Assembly (NCBI RefSeq): GCF_018977255.1
Contig: NW_024704743.1
Span: forward strand, 100,318,001-100,382,000
DNA: 64,000 nt
Source of the DNA: Callorhinchus milii
Taxonomy: Eukaryota
Direction of reading: 5' to 3'
In this document: in pieces, positions 1 to 11,030 of the stretch
How the letters are laid out: each line of letters opens with the position of its first letter
Position numbering within the stretch: position 1 is the first letter of the stretch
Made by a program: the position numbers and the translations under genes
Notes under the pieces: generated by a model
What the model was told of the DNA's origin: nothing
What the model saw: only the letters and a program-made list of their open reading frames with translations
The model's database searches: none

Positions 1-690
1 AGCTGACAGTTTGGGTAATGAATATAAATGAGGGCTTACTCATACAAGAGTGTCTCACATAAGAATACAACAGGAAATGGTATCTGTTTATGTTGAGCAA
101 GGGTCACTGCAGCTCAAAACACCGTCAACTGGAATTTCACCTCAAGATGCCGCAGTTAATAGGCACGGAACAAAGCAAATGTAAATTCTTCTGAACAGAA
201 CTGAATGAAACCCTCCCGCGGTGCACTTGTGCTGGGGGTGAGCTGGGCCGTGTGGGGTAACAGGAGCAGCGCCTGAGCTCGGCCGCTGGCTTTAGAGTGA
301 TCTTTATACTGTCACACTGTTTTGCATTCAATACACACGGATACGACATGCTCCTGCTGTATATATATCATCCTCACATTGCATAATAACATCTTATCAC
401 ATCGGAAGTTTGTCTCAAAGCACTTCACTGGATTCTACTGTATAATGTAACGACTTTGCCATGGAATGTTTAATATCAATCAGATGGATTCATGGAACTA
501 TTTGAAAAGTAAAGAGTGTTTCTCCCAGGGTTCTGGCAAACAAACCTCTGGATGAATTAATTCTTCACTGCTTGTGAGAATTTGCTGATGCGCAGAGCTA
601 CAAAAGATGCCGACAAAAGAATCACTATGCTTGGCAGTAATTACAGTGAAGTGGTTTAAGTTTCAATGTGATAAGATGCCATAAAAGCCA

Positions 691-972
691 GGTGTCAGCC
701 TAACTCGCTTTGTAGCACTCTGAGTCAGATGGTTGTGGGCTCAAACCCCACATCGAGACTTTGAGCTCACACAGCCTGGGCCAACTCTCCCAGTACTCCC
801 ATCTGTCTATTCATATGGTCATTGCTGTGCACAATTTGGTTGCATATTCGCCTACAAAAACAAAGTCACTAAACTTTACAGTAAATCCTGTGGAGCGCTT
901 TGCAACATTTAGTTGATGTGCTAAGGCGCTGTATCAAATGGAAGGATTTTTGTATATTCATTATTATTATTT
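691..972 (+). mobile_element. Old Deu-type SINE, internally deleted
   Basis: gtgtcagcc..tagcactctgagtcagatggttgtgggctcaaacccc head, attgctgtgcacaatttgg body and an (ATT)n-like tail. Confidence 0.7.
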
Positions 973-3900
973 GTCCGGACATGAGGTGGGAATATCACGT
1001 TATGCCCCTTTTCTTCTGGAAATGGGTCATGAGAGCCTGGACGTGAAATAAGAAGTTCAGACAGTGGAGGCTGAGAATGGTGAGAAGTTCTCAGGCCAAT
1101 GTCACCTTTATGCCAATCTCAGGCCACAGGTTCAATGCAGTCCCAGAGGTGAATGAGTGAATGTGTAACACAATGGAGCATGAAATGTGATGGCCTCTCA
1201 CTTTTGTGCTTGGAATGCCATTTAAACGACAATCACAACTTGACTCATCAAAACGTAGAAGAATATCTCAAAAGTCCTTTGCAGAGACAGAGTGCAAATG
1301 TGAGCATGAAATGTTTTACAGGCCTGCTTCACATCGCTTCCCCTCTCCTCCCACCCCGCCACACCCAGGTCACCTGTCATCCATGAATGGAAGAAGGTGG
1401 GTTACATGAAGGGCTGAGTTGGCAGATCTGAGGGAATGGGACTACAGGAGATCACATAAGGAGGGTGGAGCAAAGGCATTTAAAGGTTAGAGCCAGGATA
1501 TTAAAAGTCAATCTGCTGGGGATAGCCAGAGGCTAGGAGGAACGTAATGCATCACTGAACATGGTGAGGACACAAGACACCTCCTACTGAGCATGTGCAG
1601 ATAGTCCTCTGGCTCAACGATCACAAGAGGGTGTTCCAAACTTTACTAACATCCCCGTAGGTTGTTTCACCAGCCAGTGAGAGTTCCTGACAGAAAACTG
1701 TCATGGCTTGTTAGTGCACCATTTTTCTTGCTCTGCTGGCAGTTCTGGCAATGTTCCCCCTCTCGGTTGGCCAGCTTTCACGGACTCTGCACCCACTCTC
1801 TGGGTCATGCCCAAACCCCTCCACCTTACCCACTCCCTCTCTGCTTTCAAAGCCCATCTAAAAAACAGCCTCTTTGACTCCTTCCTCTGCCATTTCCCTC
1901 CTGCCTGTCATCTTCCAGTTCAGACGCCTCCTCCACCTCTACTTTTTGAAGGAAGTCGTGTCGATGGCGTTTCTGTACAAAACGCACATGCACAACAGCC
2001 AGGAAGAGATCTGCCACCTAATTCAGAAGGCAGCCATTTTATCAGACCTTCAGGGTGTGTGTTTATGGACCTGAACCAGTGCATTATAACAGGGGATGCC
2101 CTGTATCTCTTTATCTGGGCCACTCCTTTAATTTCTCGTTTCTCTCCTCCATTGCTCAGTGATCTACATTGTCTTTGTGAAACTCTTCGAGGCGTTCACA
2201 TGATATGAAAGGTGCTGTCTATGTGCAAGTTGTTGTCAGCACTGACGTCATGATGTTCACGTGTAATGTGGACGAAAGCCAGAATTAACTCCCTCCCTCC
2301 GCTCTACATTTAATTGTAAATGGTGGATAAAGAACAATTCTCAAGTGTCAGAGCTGACACTTCAGCTCTTTGTGCAACAGGAGGCATAGCTTCAACATAG
2401 TATTATGTTGCAGCCTGACCCAGTTTTGAAGGAAGCACATGGTGCATCAACAGAGCCAAGATGGTAAGGATCACAACCACCACGCCAGCTTATGCACATC
2501 CTCCTGATGTGAAAGGTGCTATACAAATGAAATGTTGTTATTGTTATCTGGAGGGAAGGGGAGAGGAGGGCAGGAGCAAGCCAGGCTACAAATGTCCAGT
2601 GCCATAAAAAACAAATAGAAGAATCGTCAGCTAGATAAGAGCAGCATTTACATAGGCCATGCCTTGCTGTGACTCACTTGCGTTGAAGTGTTAATAATGG
2701 CTCATTGACAGCCCCTCAGGGTACTGAAATTACTAGTTCAATCTGTCAGTGTTCCATTGTCCATGACAACCCCACAAACTTCAAACAGCTACAGAAATGT
2801 GTCACTGCTAAAGAAATGCTGTGAGCAGAACGCAGGAAGGAACACAAAGATTCTGGCACCAAAAGAGGTAAACAGATGAGTTACAGACCATTTGTTACGG
2901 CATCTCTCACTCCCAACAATGCCCATCAGGAATCATAACCTACAACAGCACTAAATACATGGGAGGGGGGTATATATGTGCTATGATAATATCAATATTA
3001 CTACTAATAATTCTTAATTTAATATAATGCTTTTCAAGTCAGGAGGGCACCGCAATGCTCTTCAAAGAATATACTGTGAAGCAGTTACTATTTTACATAA
3101 TTCTTATATTTGATATAGAGCCTTCGATGTTGGGAAAACATTTCAAAGCACTTCACAGGATATGTTGAAAGTGTGGTGACTGTGTATTTTGCAGGTGAAC
3201 ACAACAGCCAGTTTGCACCTAGCAATGTCCTACTTTTATTTGGGGGATTATTGGCTTGGACACCAGGAGAAACTGTGTAAGGTGTAAGAAGAAACTGGAC
3301 AACAACAGCAGCTGAATTGAAACTTCTTAATTAACAAGCAGATTATGCAAAACGGAAAACAGCAAATTATTTAAATAAAAAATGTTTTGGGAAAAATCAT
3401 TTAAAAAAACTCTGATATAGCACCTTATCACGTTGTTGAAATATCTCAATACACTTCACAGGATTTTTACTTTGAAGTGTAATGACTGTGCACTTTGTAG
3501 ACAAAGTTTGCTGGGTAAGCAGGCATGTTTTCCACTTTAAGAAGCCACTTGAGCTGATCGAAACCTTGTGTGTTTCATGTGTGGAGTTAACTTGTGAGAT
3601 GAACTGCCACCTAGTGCAGTAAGTGCAGAGTGCAGAGGATCTTCATAACAAGACTCGAGCATGACTAAACTCTATTCACAACTACTACTTTTCTCCTTTA
3701 TGGATCTGACTTGCCTGCACTTGTACAGTATTTTTTCCCGTAAAATGAATATCCCAAAGAGCTTTACAAAGATGGCATTACAGAGACACCAAGGGAAGAG
3801 AGGAATTTGATGGAGTTCACTATATACATGGTTCCCGTGAATCCAGCACCCACATCCTCACCTGGCTCTAAGTATGGCATAAATTGTTGAGGACAAATTA

Positions 3901-4427
3901 TTGGTTTTCTAGACAAGATATGAATAAATAATCAAATGGCCTTTTCTCATTCCCCAGATTCCTTTATTCTTATGCTGAAACAATTCCTACATAATTACGC
4001 GTCTGCTTACTTCCCTTCTTTAGCCAGACCGAGCCCAACCAACAGAGTTGAATGTCATTTCATTCTCTCTCTGCTTTTAACAATGTAATCTCTAGTTAGT
4101 AGGTGCTAAAATAATCACCATTGCCAGGGTAAGGTAGTGTGATCCATAATTATGAAAGGCTGTTGTTCTTGTTTTTTTGTATATACAGATTTTATCTGAT
4201 ATGAAACCTGCAGAGACAAGCACTATCACTCCCCAGAGATGAGCCAATATAGCAAAGGTTCACACACTTAGCTCTTAAATACACACCCAGTGATAGAATG
4301 GAGGGAGTAAACAAAGTTATACATCACCACTTTACATTTTGTTGCAGCCTTTTTCAATGACGAGTAACTCTGTTAATGCTAGAGCATCAAAAGCCTAAAA
4401 TCCCTCACTGGCTCTACCTTAAGACCA

Positions 4428-5025
4428 GGCGTCAGTCTGGCTCAGTTGATCAGTGGTCTTGCTTATGAGTCAGAAATTTGTGAGTTTAAGATCCACAGAA
4501 AGAAATTGAACTCATATTATCTAGTTTGACATATCAATTCAGTACTTGAGGTGTGCTGCATTGTCAGAGGTCCTATGCTTCAGATGAGGCGTTAAACCAA
4601 GATCCTGTCTTAATCATAATAATAATCCTTGCATTTGATATAGCGCCTTATAAGAGTGCCTTGGGACGTCCTCCCGATGTGAAAGGAGCTATACAAATGT
4701 AATCTTGTTGTTGTTATGTCTTCAAGAAGTCTCAAAGCACTTCACAGAATATACCTGTAAAGTGAATTAACTGTAATTTTTCCATTCAGGAGGATGTCAA
4801 AGATGTCATGGCACAATTTGAAAAAGAGAAAGGAGTTTCTCCTAGTGACCTGGTCAACAATCTCCCAAATAAAATTGATCACTCATTTCATGGTTATTTG
4901 TAAGACATTGCTAGAAGCAAATTGGCTGCTGTGTTTGCTGACAAAATACATTCTCTACAGTAAAACCTGCAAGGGTGCTTTGAGCCATTTTGATTATGTG
5001 GTAAAGCGCTTGATCGCAAGGATCT
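4428..5025 (+). mobile_element. Old Deu-type SINE with nested SINE and L2 tail fragments
   Basis: Head gtcagtctggctcagttg and core cagatgaggcgttaaaccaag. An inverted SINE tail at 4615-4770 itself contains an L2 tail at 4655-4715. Confidence 0.72.
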
Positions 5026-7814
5026 AATAATCCTTGCATTTGATATAGTGTGAAACATCGGGAGGATGTCTCAAAACCGCTTCATGGGATTTACTGTAAC
5101 GTGTAGTAAATGTAATTTGCAGACATGGGGATGAAAAGGTTTTGCAGAATACAGTATCTAGATAGATAAAAGGCAGCCTTGCGTGAGTTGCAATACAGTT
5201 TCCAAAATCTGTGGCCGACTTGCTCTGCATAAACTTAATGAAGGAGAAATGGGTGCACATTTATTATTGCTTCAAAAGGGAGCCGATTTGTTTTATTTCA
5301 TTAACCTTGAATCATTCTTGCTGAAGCTCTGAGGTCTATAAAGCAAATGCTGCAGGTATGTTAAATACAGGAGGCAGGAAGCTTTCATCTCGTATTTCAA
5401 AATTAAGCAAGGTACACAAGGAACACCCACCTCCTTAAACAATGTGTGACGTGTGCTCTGTAAATCTCTTGAAAGGCATCGATAGCACCATGAGTCATGC
5501 ATATTATATTGTTATTGGAGTGTGTTTATATGTACGTGCCTAGGTTGTACACTCGCAGAAGATATTTCAAAAAGGATAAATTATGAAAAGAATTCTTAAA
5601 AAATATAGAATCCACATACAAACATCAAACCTGGTGTTCAGATAAACAATCCTCATCTTTTACAAAGTGCTTCCGGGAAATCCCTTTCCTTCCTTCAAAA
5701 ACTACAATATTAGGGAAAATTGCTAGAGTAATTTTAAATGATACCTGAATAGATCAGGAAGAGTAATACAGTATACACAATATTAATCAATGCCAACAAT
5801 CTATCCTTATATCTGTTACAGTTTAAAAGTGCTTTACAGAGACAGTGTCAATACCAGAGCAATACCTGAGTGGAGGAGGGGAATTGGAGATATGGAAGTG
5901 GCCAAAGGCATGGTCAGTAAGGAATGTTTTTACATTGCATCTGATTTAGGTCCTCATTACATTGTGAAAACATCTCAAACTGCTTCACAGGATTTCAAAT
6001 GTAAAAATGTATTGACTGTCTGTGTATGTGAAACACACCAGCCAACGCACACACAGCAATGTCCTACAAACAGCCACTGAGTGAAAGAACCAATTTTATC
6101 TGGAGGATTGTTGGCCAGGACACATTGCTCTGGGCTTAAAATTTCAAATTGAAATAGCATTGCCCACTGCAATATTTCAGATACACAAAGTGACCTCGGG
6201 TGAGAAAGAGGAATGATTCTGGTGCTTTGTCTTGTGAAAGAACCAAGGATATGATTAATAAAGGGCACTAAACCAGTAAGTATTCTTCAGTCTAGGAATA
6301 AGGAATGTAACATTGTAAATTTGTGGGGGGCAAATTTGCATTGTCAGTGGTGCAGACCTTTGGATGTTAAACAGTGTCCGCCTGTTCAGGTGGATGTGAA
6401 AGATCCCATGGCAATATTCAAAACAAAAGGGAATTTTTCCAGTGTCCTGGCCAACAATCTCCAAGATCAAACTAGTCATTCACTTCATGGCTATTTGTAA
6501 GACATTGCTGTGTGCAAATCGACTGCTCTGTTTGCCTACAAAATACAGTCACTGCACTTTACAGTGAATTTTGTGACGTTCTTTGAGATGTCCTCTCAAC
6601 CCGAGAGGCAATATTACATTTATATTATTGGAACATCTTGGTCATCGCTAAGAAAAGCTTATCCTATGTGTGAGGTGGGTAAGGGTAGACCTTTGGAAAC
6701 ATGGGATATTGTATGTACTTTTTGGAAACTTAATTTGGTAGATTGTATATTTCCTAGCTGTATCCGTTGCAGCTTTGCTTGCAACCAAAGGATCCAAAAT
6801 GGATTGTAGATTGACACACATACAGACACACAAACGGACATTTTATCTATACTCATATGGGAGGACTGCTGTGGGAGGACACCTTTAGGGAGGAATCAGT
6901 ACTTTAAAAATGTAAGTTTGTTGTTGCTGTGAGTTAGCTTCATCTGTGATTTTTATTTTGTTCCCGCCGCTTGGCTCCGTGCGTGCTCTGTGACATAGGA
7001 TGCCACAACGCCACAGTAAGCCGACGAGGCCACCAAGTGTAACTACAGTGCATAGGTACATACTATTATAAAATGGGCCAGCAATCAGATCGCCCACATC
7101 CACTCATCTTTACAGCTTTGCGTGGCAGAATTAAGCTATTACAAAATCACGATCACTCTTTTAGTTCCTGTGACGTAAAATAGATAGATATTTCTAAAAG
7201 CAAATGCAGCACAATACGTCAATGAAGCAGCTCAAGAGATTTGAGAATATCACCAAGAAATTTAAAAATAGCATCATGGAGATTTCACACAATACACTGT
7301 TCCCATTATCTCACTTACTGTGGGAGGTTATTAGATATCAACTGAAAGTGAATTAAGTCTGAAACTGCCTTTGGCTTTTATGCTCTAAACCCACGTTAAC
7401 ACTAAAGAGGGAGGGAGGGCTCTCTGGGTGTGGGTAACTGCACTACATTGTGTAATCCTCAGCCATTAGTGCCAGGAAGGTTGTTGTCTCTTTCAGTTGA
7501 TGGAAAACAGTGTCAACGAGATTGCAGACCAGACTGGTTAACACATCCATAATAAATACTATTATCATTTCATCACTGTTCATTTCAGTATCAGTGTCTC
7601 AATAGAAGCAGAACATTTTTATAGGTGCTATAACACCCAAATACCTAAAAGCTCTTTACAGTAATTACTATGAAATGCAGTGGCTTTTTTTGTATAAAAG
7701 TGATAGTTAATTTGCACAAATTAGTCTCAGAAATGCCCAATACAGTTAAACCAAAGTGCAGTATTGGGGGAGCAGTATTGTCGGAAGTGCCATGGTTCAG
7801 AGCAGTTATCTTGG

Positions 7815-8416
7815 TGCCCTGTTATAATTAATTTTGGGGGATCCATAAGATTTTGTCCTGTGTTACAGTGAAGCATGATAGCAAGTTTGACTGTGTGTGT
7901 GCACTGGTTGGTTCCAAGCTAAGCGAAAAAAAAGTGTCTGAGTTCCAGGTCACCATGAACATTACTTCCTACTTTACTGCGCAAACATAAAGCAGGAAGT
8001 TACATTGACAGCAATCCGATGACCCGGAAGTCGGACTTTGTTTTAGCGCGGGAAACTAAAATGGATGCATCCTGCATTATTAGGTCTCTCCTGACCTCAC
8101 GTTTTGCTTTGCAAAACAGGAAGTGATATCGGTGGTGACCAAATGACCTGGTCATCAGTCTCTTTAACCCCAAAAGCCTGCTGGTGCATGGGAAGCAAGA
8201 GAAATGTTATATAATATATAATATATATATAATCCTTGCATTTGATATAACGCCCTATCATGTCTTCAAGATATCTCAAAGAGCTTCACAGAATATATTG
8301 TAATGTGAATTGACTGTATATTTTGTTTGCATACACAGTGAATGGGATCCATAGAGCAAGCAGGTTATGAGCAAACTTGTGCTAGAATGAATCGTGTTAT
8401 AAAGGGTTTGCACTAT
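7815..8416. mobile_element. Degenerate Tigger/pogo-like non-autonomous DNA transposon with a SINE tail inserted at about 8228-8335
   Basis: Left ccctgttataat...gggatccata and right cgtgttataaagggtttgcacta resemble Tigger-type termini. The related terminus cagtggagccctgttataatgaac is at 35285, and cattataacaggggatgccctgta is at about 2082-2105. Confidence 0.45.
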
Positions 8417-9777
8417 ATTAAACGGAGGTCCCATCTGCCTTTTCTTCAAGAGGACGTTAACGGCTCCATAACACAATTCAAAAAGGGAGTTTCTTCCAAT
8501 TTTGTCAACCAGCAATTTTTCATATTAATTGTTCATTCAGCTCATGGCTGTTTTTACAATTTTGCTGTGTGCAAAGTGGCTGCCATATTTGCCTGTAGAA
8601 AGTCAATACATATCACACTAATTGTCGTAAAGCACTTTGAGCCATTTCAACATTTTAAAGGTGCTATAAAAATGGGGAAAATTAAGGCTGTAAACGTGTT
8701 ATGTTTTTCATCAAGATTCTGAATTATTCAGCCAGTTTGTCCTGAAGTACAATATAACAACACTCTTTTCAGAATCTGGGATTCAAAATTCAGAGTTTTC
8801 ACAGACCACATCACAGAATAATGAATGGTGCTCTTCAACAGTTACACTGTCTAAACATCTGTAAAGTTGCCATGCTGTCCTCTCTAACTAGTCCCACGCA
8901 TATCGTTCAACCTACTTAAAACATAGATGCATATCTTTTTTTAAAAAAACATTTTCCTCCAATCATGAGGACTTATAGGAAAGATGTTTGCATAACAGAT
9001 CACAATCACAGGGAATTGGGGGAGGAAGGGGGAGGAGGGTATTTGCTTCAGATCATCATATTTTCAGATTTATAAGATATAGAAAGAATTTGAATTTTTA
9101 TAGCATCTAAAAGGCTCAAAGCACTTCACAGTACTGTATTGACCTCTCACAAATAGTAGCTATTTTGAGGCCAAAAATGGCAGCTGTTTTGCATGCAGCA
9201 AGTTAGCACAAACCACCATGGGGTGAGTGACTGAATTAATCTGGAAGATTGCTGATTTGCCAATAATTCTTTTGACATCTTCGCACACACGCACACACTG
9301 AACACTCATTTGATGAGCATGGCGTATTGCTAACTGTGATTAAGTCAGCATGGCTCAGTTGGCAGCACTTTCACCTCCGTAGTTTCTCCCAGTGTCACTC
9401 ATGGCTAGGGCCAATAGAAAATTGCGGATATATTTGCCAAAAATTGCAAAGGAAATTCCACAAATTTTGTGAAAAATTGTTTTTCGTGCCAATCTGCATT
9501 TTTTCACTTTATTGATAAAAACTAAACATGAAGTATTAACACATATTAGAATGTTGCATTTTTTTTATTAATGCTTTCTTTAACAAAAACTGTGTGGCCC
9601 ACCTGGAGAGGGCATGTGTGTGTGTGTGGAAACACCAGTGTAGGCCCAAAGATCGAATAGTCTGTTTCCAACCCACATGACGTTTGAAGGCCTGGGGATC
9701 CGCCAAACATCAAACATTGCTTGCTAAGCTCGCCAGTGTCCTGTCCTGTCATCACCTCCTGTCTTTCGTAGCTGCCA

Positions 9778-9922
9778 CTGCACACAGACACAAAGAGAGA
9801 GATACACACACATACACTCACAGAGAGAGCGAAACACGCACACACACACTCACAGACAAAGAGATACTCAGACACGCAGAGAGACACACACTCACATACA
9901 AAGAGGCACACAAACACATACA
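9778..9922. repeat. Compound (CA)/(GA) microsatellite
   Basis: Interleaved cacaca and gagaga runs seen directly. Confidence 0.9.
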
Positions 9923-10089
9923 GCAGGATTTTGGGGTGAGGGAAGTCCATTTCCAGCTTGCGCTGCACTGTGCATGCTTGTCTGGAGCTGCTCCGCCCTT
10001 AGTAGCGGCCTCGAGTAAACAGCCAACAGCAGCGCGCAGAGGCCCGGAGCCCCGAGCACACTGTACTTGTACAGGATTGTAGTGGACGG

Positions 10090-10263
10090 GTGTGTGTGTG
10101 TGTGTGTAGCGTAGGAGGTTGTGTGTTGTGGAGGAGGTTGTGGAGAGGGGTGTTTGTGGGGGGCCGTGTTTATGGGGGGGGTTGTGTAAAGGGGTGTTTG
10201 TGGCGGGGGGGGGGGGGGGTGTGTGGAGAGGGGTATTTGTGGGGGGGTTGTGGAGAGGGGTGG
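10090..10263 (+). repeat. (GT)n tract plus G-rich low-complexity repeat
   Basis: (gt)n at 10090-10107, then about three tggagaggggt.tttgtggggggg-like units and a long G run at about 10206-10219. Confidence 0.9.
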
Positions 10264-10859
10264 TAGCAGATTCCACGGAAAATTTGCAGCTGCACTCCTC
10301 TATTGGCCCAGATCATGGTCAACAATCATTCAGGTGAATTGACCATTCACTTCATAGGCTGTTGGTGGAAGCTGCCATTGCAAATTGGCTGCTACTGATT
10401 GCCTACAGTCATTTCACGTGACAGCAGTTGCCTGTGAAGTGCTTTGAGACAATTCACCATTACAAGTGCTATTTCAAGTGCAAGGATTATAGATAGACTT
10501 TGATTATAAACATGTAGTTAGCAGTATATAAACACCTGAAATGAATGGTAGTATATCAGATTTAAATTGATTTGTATGTGGCTTACACTATTTTGGTACT
10601 GTGTTAGATGATCTCTGCGGTTTCAGAAAGGGGCATGACAATAGGGCCCCTGAGAAAAGGAACAGGGAAAATAAATCAGCCAAAGTTCTCCCTGATCTCT
10701 AACTGCACTTTGAGACATCTCAAAGACGTGATAAGGTGTGATTCCTGCTGGAAAGTGCACATCAGGCAAGAACACATTCAGATACAAAAATGGAGAAAGG
10801 AAAGTGAGTCAACGCTTCGGGTCCACGACTCTTCGTCTGACATGGACCCGAAATGTTGG

Positions 10860-11030
10860 GATTGTAATTTCAGGACAGACATCAGTAAGTTTTTCTTCAT
10901 CTTGAGGGTAATTAATGATCGGAATAGGTTGCCAGGAAGGATGATTGAGGCCAGGAAACTGCTGTGCTGCTGTGATAGGTGGACAGTAGGGTGGGTATTC
11001 TGGAAAGATAAGCTGAAAGGCCTTCATCCA
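10860..11030 (+). mobile_element. CR1-clade LINE 3' end
   Basis: Translates NFRTDISKFFFILRVINDRNRLPGRMIEA and shares the 3' UTR (ggtattctggaa.gat, cttcatccaaa) with 46370-46560. Confidence 0.78.

Noticed and set aside
9546..10337. Overlapping ORFs of 72-152 aa
   Set aside because: Produced by microsatellite and G-rich low-complexity DNA. Only the short 9677-9752 segment is kept as a candidate.
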